Assembly: GCF_000380245.2 (NCBI RefSeq)
Contig: NZ_HG428741.1
Location: forward strand, 1,546,654 to 1,578,653
Origin: Bacillus massiliigorillae
GTDB lineage: Bacteria > Bacillota > Bacilli > Bacillales > DSM-1321
DNA length: 32,000 nucleotides
Direction of reading: 5' to 3'
Below the pieces are notes generated by a model, which was not told the DNA's origin, did not search any database, and was given only the letters and a program-made list of their open reading frames with translations. The translations under genes and the position numbers were made by a program. Positions 18,341-27,054 of this stretch are shown in pieces (the first letter of the stretch is position 1; each line of letters opens with the position of its first letter).

Positions 18341-18997
18341 ATGATAACTAAACTTGTTCATTCCTATCAAAGTGCTAAACTGTCAGCTACAAAAAAGTTT
18401 TCTAATCATTGTTACGATATTTTGGAAGAGCCTGGATTTATGGATAATGGATATATCCGAGCGAAAATCAAGCAATTAAAAAAAGAATGTACCAATATAG
18501 AGAATGAAATAGAACTACTCCTTCAATATGATAAAAAGGATGAATACTATAAGCAAAAAGTGTCAGTTTTAATGGAAAATAGAGATTATATATTACATTA
18601 TCTTTCCTTTCTTTCATCCAACAGCTTTAACAGTCTGGAATACTCGATAAGCATGATTCAAAACATTCAAACAGATTTTTTTCTATGTTTGAATGCCCTA
18701 ATAAGTTATCAAAAGGGTGATGAAGAAAAGGCTTTAATGTTGTTTGAACAATATTTTGAAAAGTATCCAGAGCCAATAGAACACTTTTTAATTAACAAAA
18801 CTTATGGTGAGTTGCTTTTTAAACAAGATAACATCGAGAAAGCGGTGGCTCATCTAAGAAAAGCTACTGAAAAAAGACCCGAAGATGATGATGTCCATGT
18901 GATTCTTATTCAAGCATATCAAAAACTGGGTAACTATCATCAGGCTAAAATTCATGAAGATATCCAAAAGCTATTAGGTGGTGTGAATGATGACTGA
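18341..18997 (+). CDS. TPR-repeat protein (218 aa) with coiled-coil-like N-terminal half
   Basis: GAGGTG RBS. The C-terminal half shows TPR-like repeats (GDEEKALMLFEQYFEKYPE..., YGELLFKQDNIEKAVAHLRKATEKRPED..., ILIQAYQKLGNYHQA). Confidence 0.75.
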   Translation: MITKLVHSYQSAKLSATKKFSNHCYDILEEPGFMDNGYIRAKIKQLKKECTNIENEIELLLQYDKKDEYYKQKVSVLMENRDYILHYLSFLSSNSFNSLEYSISMIQNIQTDFFLCLNALISYQKGDEEKALMLFEQYFEKYPEPIEHFLINKTYGELLFKQDNIEKAVAHLRKATEKRPEDDDVHVILIQAYQKLGNYHQAKIHEDIQKLLGGVNDD

Positions 18998-19244
18998 TGT
19001 GAATTTTTTAAATAAGGACAACGGCATTTCTTCCACCCGGACCACGATTGGGAAAGGCAACGGTAAGGTGAGCTTAACCCAATATCATAACTCCACTAGA
19101 GGAGGCGTTACTTTTCGAAATTCTCAAATGACTTCTAGGGTGAACAACAAAGGGCAGTCGCTAAGCAGTGGTTTTAAAACAAACGGAAAAATGACTTACA
19201 TTGGAAGTAAGAACAAAGCTTCAAATACTATAGCTCCATTTTAA
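18987..19244 (+). CDS. small basic S/T/N/G/K-rich protein (85 aa), predicted disordered
   Basis: GGTGGTG RBS. Overlaps the TPR gene by 11 nt. No hydrophobic core (MMTDVNFLNKDNGISSTRTTIGKGNGKVSLTQYHNSTRGG...). Operon context supports translation. Confidence 0.55.
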   Translation: MMTDVNFLNKDNGISSTRTTIGKGNGKVSLTQYHNSTRGGVTFRNSQMTSRVNNKGQSLSSGFKTNGKMTYIGSKNKASNTIAPF

Positions 19245-19262
19245 AGATACGAGGTAACTAAA

Positions 19263-20069
19263 ATGATAGAAACCCATTTGTTTTCCCATCCGTTAGAAGA
19301 AACGGCATTTGATGAAGTAACTAAAACGGTAAATTTCAAAAGTGTACTTGAGGATCAATACATTCATTTTGAAGAGAAAAAGAGAAAACCCGATTTGTTA
19401 GGGAAGACAGTAAAAGTGAGTGAAAGGCAGTTTCCTGAAGTTTTTTACATAGTAAAAAAGATTGAACAGCGTACTAGGCTAAAGATGCCTGATATTTTTG
19501 TGTACGAAGACTTTTTTTATGCAATTGAAAGCAAAGGCATTGATAATCCGTGGATTGAGGTTTCGGCATCAATGATTACGGACTTTACAGAAAAAGAACT
19601 TGAATTTATGTTAGCAAGGGAAATTTGTAGAGTTTATTATAAGCATACCCACTATACTACATTAATGAATGAATCTCTTGAAATGTATGCAAAAGGTTTA
19701 ATTCCCTTTAGTAACGGTATTGTCGGAGATGTGGCTAAGGTCATTTTTTACAGATGGAACCGTCTAGCCAACTATTCGGCGGATTGTTTTGGCTATTTAA
19801 TCTGCATGGACCTGCATGCCTCAACAAAATCGATTCTTAAATGTGTGTTAAATAGTAAGTTTTTGGCTAACAATATCAATCTTGCAGAATACTTGAAACA
19901 AGCAGAAGCTATCAATGAGCTACATGATTCTGTTTACGAGTCAACAAAAATCGATGAACAATACCCTTATGGACCTTTTCGTATCAAGAATCTAATTGCC
20001 TTTGCTTCTTCAGAGAGAATGATACGGGCAAACAAACAACTTAAGAATTTTAAGGAGGTAGGACAATGA
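19263..20069 (+). CDS. M48-like (Zn-metallopeptidase fold) protein lacking the HExxH motif
   Basis: MPDIFVYEDFFYAIESKG...ELEFMLAREICRVYYKHTHY...WNRLANYSADCFG follows the M48 layout. However, REICR replaces HExxH, N replaces the third-ligand Glu, and there is no HExxH anywhere in the ORF. Confidence 0.6.
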   Translation: MIETHLFSHPLEETAFDEVTKTVNFKSVLEDQYIHFEEKKRKPDLLGKTVKVSERQFPEVFYIVKKIEQRTRLKMPDIFVYEDFFYAIESKGIDNPWIEVSASMITDFTEKELEFMLAREICRVYYKHTHYTTLMNESLEMYAKGLIPFSNGIVGDVAKVIFYRWNRLANYSADCFGYLICMDLHASTKSILKCVLNSKFLANNINLAEYLKQAEAINELHDSVYESTKIDEQYPYGPFRIKNLIAFASSERMIRANKQLKNFKEVGQ

Positions 20070-20422
20070 GTTTTCTAGCAGCATTAGGTTGGGTGTTATT
20101 GGGTGGAATAGTAACTGGAGGGTTGGTAACTTTCTGGGACGAAATCAGACAATGGTTGAATCAGGTAGCGGCTGATGCAGTGGAAAAGATGTTTGGTTAT
20201 AAAGCAAGGCAAACGATGCAACGGGCTGTAGTGAAAATTGACCGTGTAATGAGCAGCGTACGAAATACTTCGACCATTTATACAAAGAAGAATCCTTTGG
20301 ACTCATATATAGTTAAAACAGATGTAGTTGCCGAAGCATCGATTAGGGAAATCGACCAGCAAATTTTAGACGAAATTGAAAGGAAAAAGACACTTGTGCA
20401 AGAGTTTGAATACAAAGGATGA
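20066..20422 (+). CDS. single-pass membrane protein (118 aa)
   Basis: ATGA overlap with the upstream gene and AAGGAGG RBS. N-terminal TM segment FLAALGWVLLGGIVTGGLVTFW followed by a charged soluble domain. Confidence 0.7.
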   Translation: MSFLAALGWVLLGGIVTGGLVTFWDEIRQWLNQVAADAVEKMFGYKARQTMQRAVVKIDRVMSSVRNTSTIYTKKNPLDSYIVKTDVVAEASIREIDQQILDEIERKKTLVQEFEYKG

Positions 20423-20428
20423 TTGTAG

Positions 20429-22981
20429 ATGTTTAAAGTAAAGGAAATAAATGTAACTTCTATTGTCGATAAAGATCCTAATGTATATGTAATGAGAGCG
20501 GAAGATAATCTCAAATTACACAAATACCAGGAAGCATTGAGGGAAATGGATCAGGCGATAGAATATGCTCCTACTAATCAAAAAGAGAACTATGCCTTTG
20601 AAAAAATAAAAATACTTGATGTAATAGGTTGGCATTCCGATAGTGTTGACTTTATAAAAAAATATCTAAAAAGGTTTTATTCAGAGCTACCCTTATCTGA
20701 TTTCTATCGTGTTCTTCGTGTACTAAAAAAAAATAGTACATCTGATCTTTTCTCTATTCTTAAGCAAAATGGCATTCCAACCATATTGTTGGAAGTGTAC
20801 CAAAGTGAGCGGTCAGATGAAGCTTTCTTTAAACAAAAAGCCCGGGAGTATTTGAGTAAAGACCAATTTTCTAATGCATTTGCTATGACGAAGCTGATAA
20901 GTGAAAAGTCCGGGTTTGATTCAGATTTATGCCTTTTAAATGGACAAATTTATAAGGCACAAGGTACTTTTTCTGGAGCACTCTCCTACTTTTTGAAGGC
21001 AGCAGATTTCCGCGATCCACAATTAGAGGTTTTTATCGAAATTGCTGATACCTATGTCATTTTAGAAAAAATAAATGAGGCCCAGATCTGGATTGAAAAG
21101 GGGCTAGCTGCGTTCCCTTTCAATAACAAACTTTTACACTTTAATGCGAAACTTTATTATAGAAGTAATCAATATGATCTATGCTTATTAGTGTTAAACG
21201 ATATACTAAAAAAAGAACCTAATGACGCAGAAGCATTTTATATGAAAGGGTTAATTTACGATTATAGAAAAAGATATCTATTAGCAAATTCAAATTTTAA
21301 AAAAGCAAAAATTATAAACCCGAGCCTTAAGGAACCAGAGAACCGAGAAAAGAAACGATTCCTTCATCGGATGAAAATATTTGTTGTTAGTATAAGCATA
21401 GCTATATTACTATTGTTGATTGGGCAATTTGTACTATTTAAAACTGGAATGATCAAACCGATTGTGAAAGGGGCTATTCTTAAAACAGATGATATCCTCT
21501 TTTTAGGAAAAACGATGCAAATATACGATGACTATGACTACTTCCCTTCCTATGCAAAAAAGCCGAAAATGAAGTACAGGATTAAGGATCCTCATATTGC
21601 TAAAGTTAGTTCTTATGGAGAAATTAAGGGATTAAAGGTAGGTACCACATCTGTTCAATTACTTGAGGGAAATAGGGTTCTCGCCTCTTCTGAAATCAAG
21701 GTGGTTAAGCCAGAAGTTTTAGCAATAACAATTGAACTAACCAATAATAATTTAGTTGTCGGAGAAAAGGAAAAATTAACCACTAAAGTAGAAATGGATT
21801 ATGAAGATGCAGAAATCCCGAAAATTACATATAGCTCAAGTAATCCATCTGTTATTTCTGTTAATCAAGATGGAGAAATTGAGACACTAGATATAGGTGA
21901 GGCCACGATTAAAGCAAGCGTTGGTGGGAAAAGTTCTAGTTTTACAGTTCATTCATATGCCAAAGTGGATGAAATCCTCTTAGAAGATTTAATAGTGGAA
22001 ATTGGAAATTCTTTAACGTTAAAACCAACGGTAAAAACAACACCTGAAGATGGGGAAATCTATCCGTTAAAATATGAAACATTGGATAGCTCTATTGCCA
22101 CAGTAAATACTCATGGAGAAGTTACTGGCGTAAGTGCTGGTGAAGTTGAAATCGTTATATCTTCCTTTAATGGTGTGGAAAAAAGGGTCAAAGTTTTGGT
22201 TGAGATTAATAGTCCAAGTGATTTAACAGCAACGTTTGATATGGAAACTCAGACCATTCACTTAAACTGGGATTACGACTTTACTTCAAATGAAAGTGTA
22301 CAATTTGAATTGTCTGGAGCGATTGCTAATAATGATTACTCTGAAATACTCACCTCTAAAGAGACATCAGCTGAGTTTAAGGGGGTTTCTGGAGAGCAAT
22401 ATTCGTTTAGAGTTCAGGCAATAGTAGGTGATCGTATAAGTATGCCTGCATTCGTCTCATTGACCGTTCCCGAAATTTACAAAGAGGATAGTAATAACAT
22501 GGATTCTGACTCAAAGGTTTCAGATTCAAACTATGAAGAAGCTGAAGGGAGTAAGACCGTTTCTAAAACACCTGAAGAAATTCAAAAAGATAAAGATGTA
22601 GAAAACATGATAAAGCTTATGTCTAGTGTGGAGGGATATTGGAAAAATGCGAGCCCAAATGATAGTGATTATCGAGATCTTAAATATGCTCTCATAAGTA
22701 ATAGCTCTACAGAAAGTCGGAAGGATTCTTTTGGAGTATCATTACTTGCTAAAAGCTATTACGATGGAGTCGAAACCTCTTTTTGGGAATATGGTCTTCG
22801 ATCGAATTTGATTAAAATTGATGGAAATAAGCTAATTGATAGCGATGAAGACACAATGACAATCCATAATCCTAATATGTTTACAATAGAGATTAGCGGA
22901 AAGACATTAACCTTTATAAGATGCAAAAAAACTGATATCCCTAACGATTATCTTATAAATAGAACAGTTGAATTACCTTAA
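20429..22981 (+). CDS. 850-aa bitopic protein: N-terminal TPR region, one TM helix, three Big_2-like Ig domains, FN3-like domain, acidic linker, unknown C-terminal domain
   Basis: TPR-like text in aa 20-300. TM segment KIFVVSISIAILLLLIGQFVLF (nt ~21374-21442). Three repeats end ...SSNPSVISVNQDGEIETLDIGEATIKA, ...LDSSIATVNTHGEVTGVSAGEVEIVIS and ...IAKVSSYGEIKGLKVGTTSVQL. The FN3-like segment is PSDLTATFDMETQTIHLNWDY...YSFRVQAIV. Confidence 0.8.
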   Translation: MFKVKEINVTSIVDKDPNVYVMRAEDNLKLHKYQEALREMDQAIEYAPTNQKENYAFEKIKILDVIGWHSDSVDFIKKYLKRFYSELPLSDFYRVLRVLKKNSTSDLFSILKQNGIPTILLEVYQSERSDEAFFKQKAREYLSKDQFSNAFAMTKLISEKSGFDSDLCLLNGQIYKAQGTFSGALSYFLKAADFRDPQLEVFIEIADTYVILEKINEAQIWIEKGLAAFPFNNKLLHFNAKLYYRSNQYDLCLLVLNDILKKEPNDAEAFYMKGLIYDYRKRYLLANSNFKKAKIINPSLKEPENREKKRFLHRMKIFVVSISIAILLLLIGQFVLFKTGMIKPIVKGAILKTDDILFLGKTMQIYDDYDYFPSYAKKPKMKYRIKDPHIAKVSSYGEIKGLKVGTTSVQLLEGNRVLASSEIKVVKPEVLAITIELTNNNLVVGEKEKLTTKVEMDYEDAEIPKITYSSSNPSVISVNQDGEIETLDIGEATIKASVGGKSSSFTVHSYAKVDEILLEDLIVEIGNSLTLKPTVKTTPEDGEIYPLKYETLDSSIATVNTHGEVTGVSAGEVEIVISSFNGVEKRVKVLVEINSPSDLTATFDMETQTIHLNWDYDFTSNESVQFELSGAIANNDYSEILTSKETSAEFKGVSGEQYSFRVQAIVGDRISMPAFVSLTVPEIYKEDSNNMDSDSKVSDSNYEEAEGSKTVSKTPEEIQKDKDVENMIKLMSSVEGYWKNASPNDSDYRDLKYALISNSSTESRKDSFGVSLLAKSYYDGVETSFWEYGLRSNLIKIDGNKLIDSDEDTMTIHNPNMFTIEISGKTLTFIRCKKTDIPNDYLINRTVELP

Positions 22982-23011
22982 AAAGGAAAATGTTGTTGTT
23001 ATTAATAGTCT

Positions 23012-23113
23012 CAAAAATTGCACAGAATTTCTAGAAACAATGGAATTAAGAGACACACTTTGCATAAATACACATAACGCCTTGATTTACTGGATTTAAT
23101 GGAATCAATTTAT
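23012..23113 (+). repeat. left copy of a ~102-nt imperfect direct repeat (partner 31238-31340)
   Basis: The first 43 nt match the partner with a single mismatch (CAAAAATTGCAC[A/G]GAATTTCTAGAAACAATGGAATTAAGAGAC). The rest is conserved in blocks (TGCATAAATA, CATAAC, CTTGATTTA, ATGGAATCAATTTAT). Overall identity is roughly 85% by eye. Confidence 0.8.
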
Positions 23114-23290
23114 TTATGCGAAAAATCTATCAAATAACTTGTCTAAACTCCTTTTTATTCCACACTTAAAACTGTTTCTTCTTCATGCATCTATTTTTCT
23201 GGATTTTGTAATAAATTCACTTAAGTATCTGATTTTGGAGGAATTTATACAATTTTGTCGAATTTTACCTTAATATAGGAAAAGGAGGAG

Positions 23291-23476
23291 ATTGGGATCG
23301 CAGAATCAAAATGTCCAGAGTGTAAAGGAGAGGGATTAAAGCATATTCTACCTAAGGGGACTCACAAGAACATAGCAGGGGACACATGTTATGATATAGT
23401 TCATTGCGATAATTGTGGTCATGTGTATGGTGTATTTACAAGGGGTGGTAAATCTATTTATTATATGTCGAAATGA
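23291..23476 (+). CDS. possible small zinc-ribbon protein (~60 aa) without a canonical start codon
   Basis: AAAGGAGGAG at 23281-23290. The frame reads ...ESKCPECKGEG...HCDNCGHVYGVF...MSK* with two CxxC pairs. Only ATT 23291 or ATC 23297 is available in frame. A weak hairpin plus T-run follows at ~23505-23530. Confidence 0.35.
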   Translation: MGIAESKCPECKGEGLKHILPKGTHKNIAGDTCYDIVHCDNCGHVYGVFTRGGKSIYYMSK

Positions 23477-23710
23477 GACTGTACTAGTTAGATAGATAAT
23501 GGAGGAGCATCCGATGGGGGTGCTTTTTATTTGTGTACAATGGGTTCAATCTAAAACAATTTTTTGATTTCTTATATAACTAAACCAGCTAATAGTTTGT
23601 CAAACATTTCGCTAAATAATAAAATTCTAGCGTGCTATATTAAAAGTAGGCATGATAAATAAGCTTCCTTTAACCTTATGGAAGTTCCTTGAATATATGT
23701 GAAATATTAT

Positions 23711-24230
23711 TTAAGCAACATCTTGGAATGATGTTTTGTTTTTCAAAAGAGCGTAAATCCAATGTAAAAGCTTGTTAGCACAGGCAATAATGGATACTCG
23801 ATAAGGTTTGCCTTCTTCACGTTTTTTATCGTAGAACTCACGTAATCTCTTATTTCTAGGGATAATTTCTTTGGTCGTTCGGGTTTTGCGTGCATCTCTA
23901 ATAGGCACAACGGACGGATGTGAATAGGGCATGTCTAAGCCTGCTGGAACCCCTTTTTGTGATACGATTGTTAGTACCTTTAAAAGTACCAGATTCAAAT
24001 ACACTAGGGTCAATTCCTGCGAAGGCAACTAATTTTTTAGGGTGATTAAACCGGTCTATTTCTCCAATTTCAGAAATAATCGTTGCCGCGATTTTTTCAC
24101 CGATGCCAGGAATGGATTGGATAATCTTATATTCTTCTATATTTTTTACTAAAGCATCTATCTCTTCTTCAAGCTTGGATAGGTGCTTTATATATTCAAG
24201 AAGTATTTCGATAAGCACCTCTAAACAAAT
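23711..24230 (-). pseudogene. C-terminal half of an IS110-family transposase, frameshifted and 5'-truncated
   Basis: ...IIQSIPGIGEKIAATIISEIGEIDRFNHPKKLVAFAGIDPSVFESGTFKG...KRGSSRLRHAL. After a frameshift near 23920 it reads ...NKRLREFYDKKREEGKPYRVSIIACANKLLHWIYALLKNKTSF. The N-terminal DEDD domain is absent. The upstream boundary is approximate. Confidence 0.75.
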
Positions 24231-25720
24231 TAAGTGACTATGATTTGAACCTCTCATGACTAAAGTCACGAGATTCTTGGGAATAGAGCATACTTGTTAG
24301 CTTATTTCTTTACCAACAGAGGTTTCTCTTATTGACCAAGCTATCCCCGTAGTTCCAACGGTTTTTATTAATCTTAGCTCATACAAGAGCTTGTATTTTA
24401 AGACCTTCGGTCAAAATATTCTTGCTACCATTTATGTCTCGGTCATGATGAGTATGACAAATAGGATAATTCCATTTTCGAATGTGGAGATTTTTCTTGC
24501 CATCTTGATGCCCACATTCCGAACAGATTTGACTAGACGGAAACCATTGATCTACTTTGAGATTTCACGTCCATACCAATCAGCTTTGTATTGTAGCTTT
24601 GAAACAAAAATAGACCATGACACGTCTGAGATACTCTTTGCTAGTTTATGATTACGTAACATACCTTTCGTGTTTAAATCCTCTATACAAATAATATCGT
24701 GATTTTTGATAATGTTTGTACTCCATTTATTCAGAAAGTCATTACGTTGATTTAGTACTTTTTCGTGCAATCGAGCCACTTTTAGCTTTTGTTTCTGATA
24801 ATTTTTCGCTTCAAAAAGAGTAATGTCACTTTTTTGAGCAACTAATGCACGTCTGGATAATTTACGTTGTTCACGTTTCAATTTCTTTTCCATTTTGGAA
24901 GTGAATCTATTGTTATTAATCTTACTTCCGTCAGAAAGAATAGCAAAATCAGCGATACCTAAATCTATCCTAATTACAGAATTTATTTTTGTAAGTTCTT
25001 GGATTTCTTCTTCGCAAAGAATAGATACAAAGAATTTACCACTACCATTTTTACGAATGGTTGCATGTAAAATGCGCCCTTTCAGTTCTTGGCTTTTAGC
25101 AAACTTGACTAATCCAAGTTTAGGAAGTTTTATCGAATTTCCTAAAACAGCAATATTATGATTAGTGAATTGTGTTGTATAACTTTGAACAGGGTTCTTT
25201 TTACTCTTGAATCGAGGTTGCTGATTTTGTTTCTTAAAAAAACGAGAAAAAGAATCAGCAAGATTTTTCAGAGAAGATTGAAGAGCAATGCTATCCACTT
25301 CTTTCAACCAATTAGTCGATTCATCTTTCTTCATTTTGGGAAGCATAGAAGAACAAGAATGGTAAGATAAGCCTTTCCCATTCTTGAAATATTCTTTGTT
25401 CCATAGATTTAAAAAGTGGTTATAGACAAATCTTGAGCAACCAATCGTTTTAGTTATAAGGATTTCTTGATTTTGATTGGGATAGATTCTGAATTTATAG
25501 GCTTTGTGCCGTAGCATTGCATTCACCTCATCTCTTTTTCTGATTTTGAATATACTTACGAATCTGTACTTCTGTATTCTCACTTACAGTAGCAATAATA
25601 TAACTAGGATTCTATAGTTCATTTTTATACTTAAAGTAACATAAGTCGGTAGATTAATATAGCTAAAGCTATACTTCAACCGAAGCCGATTCATCTACAC
25701 GACTGAAGTCGCGAGTATTC
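24231..25720 (-). mobile_element. IS200/IS605-family tnpB-only element (IS1341-like) abutting the IS110 fragment; ends approximate
   Basis: Contains a near-full-length tnpB. There is a structured region downstream of its stop (24270-24378, sharing GAGATTCTTGGGAA with the 14.5 kb copy). A left-end-like hairpin is present at about 25690-25730: AGCCGA...TCGGCT with an inner CGAC-TTCA-GTCG, read on the minus strand. Confidence 0.65.
24379..25517 (-). pseudogene. tnpB: TnpB (RNA-guided nuclease of IS605 family) with one frameshift near 24553
   Basis: Probable start [18 protein letters not shown] (ATG 25515-25517, GAGGTG RBS). RuvC-I is IRIDLGIAD. The ORF stops at ...WYGREISK*, but the shifted frame continues [49 protein letters not shown]...* (stop 24379-24381). 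Confidence 0.8.
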
Positions 25721-25820
25721 TCGGCTATTTGATAAAAGCAAGTTACAAAAAAAGTTCTCTAATCAAGTGTCAGAAGAATTTCGGAAGCAAGATAGTACAA
25801 CAAGTAAGATAGAAAGAACA

Positions 25821-26630
25821 GTGAACTACCCATCACTTAACAGCCCTTACGGGCTTGTTTGAAGCGGGGGCTTCTCAGGTAATAGGTACTTTTACTAGCT
25901 ACCCAAATTGACCGAGCTAACTCCCTTGTTCAGAAAGGTTATATATGTATATCTTTCTATTCTAACGCCAATAGGCGTATGGCTTCATTCTTGATATTGA
26001 TTGCAGCGTTGTGATCACGTTCCATAATAGAGCCACAAGAACATTCATATGTACGTACAGACATAGGCATCTCTTTTTTATTTCCGCAACAAGAGCACGT
26101 TTGAGTAGAAGGAAACCACTTATCAACTTTGATAAGTTTCTTTCCTTGCTCTTCTAGTTTGTAAGTTAAGTAGGTTGTGAACATAACCCAATCATTGTCT
26201 GCAACGCTTTTGCCGAATTTTAACGCACGAGACATCCCTTTCATATTCAAATCTTCGACTGCAACGGCATCGAACACTGTTGCTAATTCTTTGGATTTGT
26301 GATGAAGGGAATTTTTACGTTGGTTAGCTACTTTTTCGTGTAATTTTGCAACAAAAAGACGTTGTTTTTTCCAACGTTCAGAACCTTTGATTCTTCTCGA
26401 TAATACTCTTTGTGCCTTTGTTAGGCGGTCCATTATTTGGCGAAAAAACGAGGGTAGTTGGCTTTCTTACCTTCGTTATCTACATATAATTCAGCCATCG
26501 CAAAGTCTAGTCCAACCACTTTTTCTAATTTGGGTTACACTATTTGTTTTTCATATAATGATTGTGATTAAAGATAAAATAGTAATTGTAACTTTGCTTG
26601 ATGGCGCAGAAGTTGAATGTTAAATTTAAT
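25821..26630 (-). mobile_element. tnpB: third TnpB element remnant: 5'-truncated, frameshifted tnpB plus conserved right end
   Basis: ORF 25957-26433 encodes ...EDLNMKGM...KVDKWFPSTQTCSCCGNKKEMPMSVRTYECSCGSIMERDHNAAINIKNEA. Upstream, EKVVGLDFAMAELYVDNEGKKANYPRFF lies in another frame, implying a shift in a T6 run near 26440. The N-terminus is lost. Nucleotides 25821-25935 are homologous to 14481-14600. Confidence 0.8.
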
Positions 26631-26730
26631 AAAGGCAAATGGGATTTCTGAACCATAGAAAATTAAAAATTGAGGAAACCCAATCGAGTTTCCTTATTTC
26701 TTATTCAATTATCAATATTCAAATTTAACG

Positions 26731-27054
26731 GAGCCTATTAATAATGAGGGCACAATAAATGGACTTGAAATATATGGAGCATATGAAAATGGGGATCTTA
26801 TTGGCGTCATAGCAACAAGAAGCGAGGGCAGCTCTATTGTATTATTCTTTGTACATGGAAAATACCAAAGGAAAGGAATAGGGCGGAAGTTATTTGAAGT
26901 GGTTCTGAAAAAATAGCACCTCAGAATTAATCACTGTAAATTCATCACCTTATGCAACAGAGATATTCATAAACTTGGATTTGTAGATACCGATATAGAA
27001 CAGACAAAGGAAGGTATGAGATTCACACCAATGAAGCACCAAAAATGGGTATAA
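26731..27054 (+). pseudogene. GNAT-family N-acetyltransferase fragment (N-terminally truncated, internal TAG and frameshifts)
   Basis: ...GLEIYGAYENGDLIGVIATRSEGSSIVLFFVHGKYQRKGIGRKLFEVVLKK* carries the acetyl-CoA motif Q/RxxGxG. The downstream pieces ...ELITVNSSPYATE... and ...KLGFVDTDIEQTKEGMRFTPM... are in shifted frames. Confidence 0.65.

Noticed and set aside
17143-20523. ORFs 17143-17346 (-), 17849-18055 (-), 17934-18176 (+) and 20278-20523 (-)
   Set aside because: They are shadows or alternative frames of the AAA+ gene and the 1-TM / 850-aa gene junction.
24391-26623. Plus-strand ORFs 24391-24651, 24895-25161, 25158-25370 and 26387-26623
   Set aside because: They are antisense to the TnpB coding sequences. 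The minus-strand translation carries the recognisable TnpB motifs.
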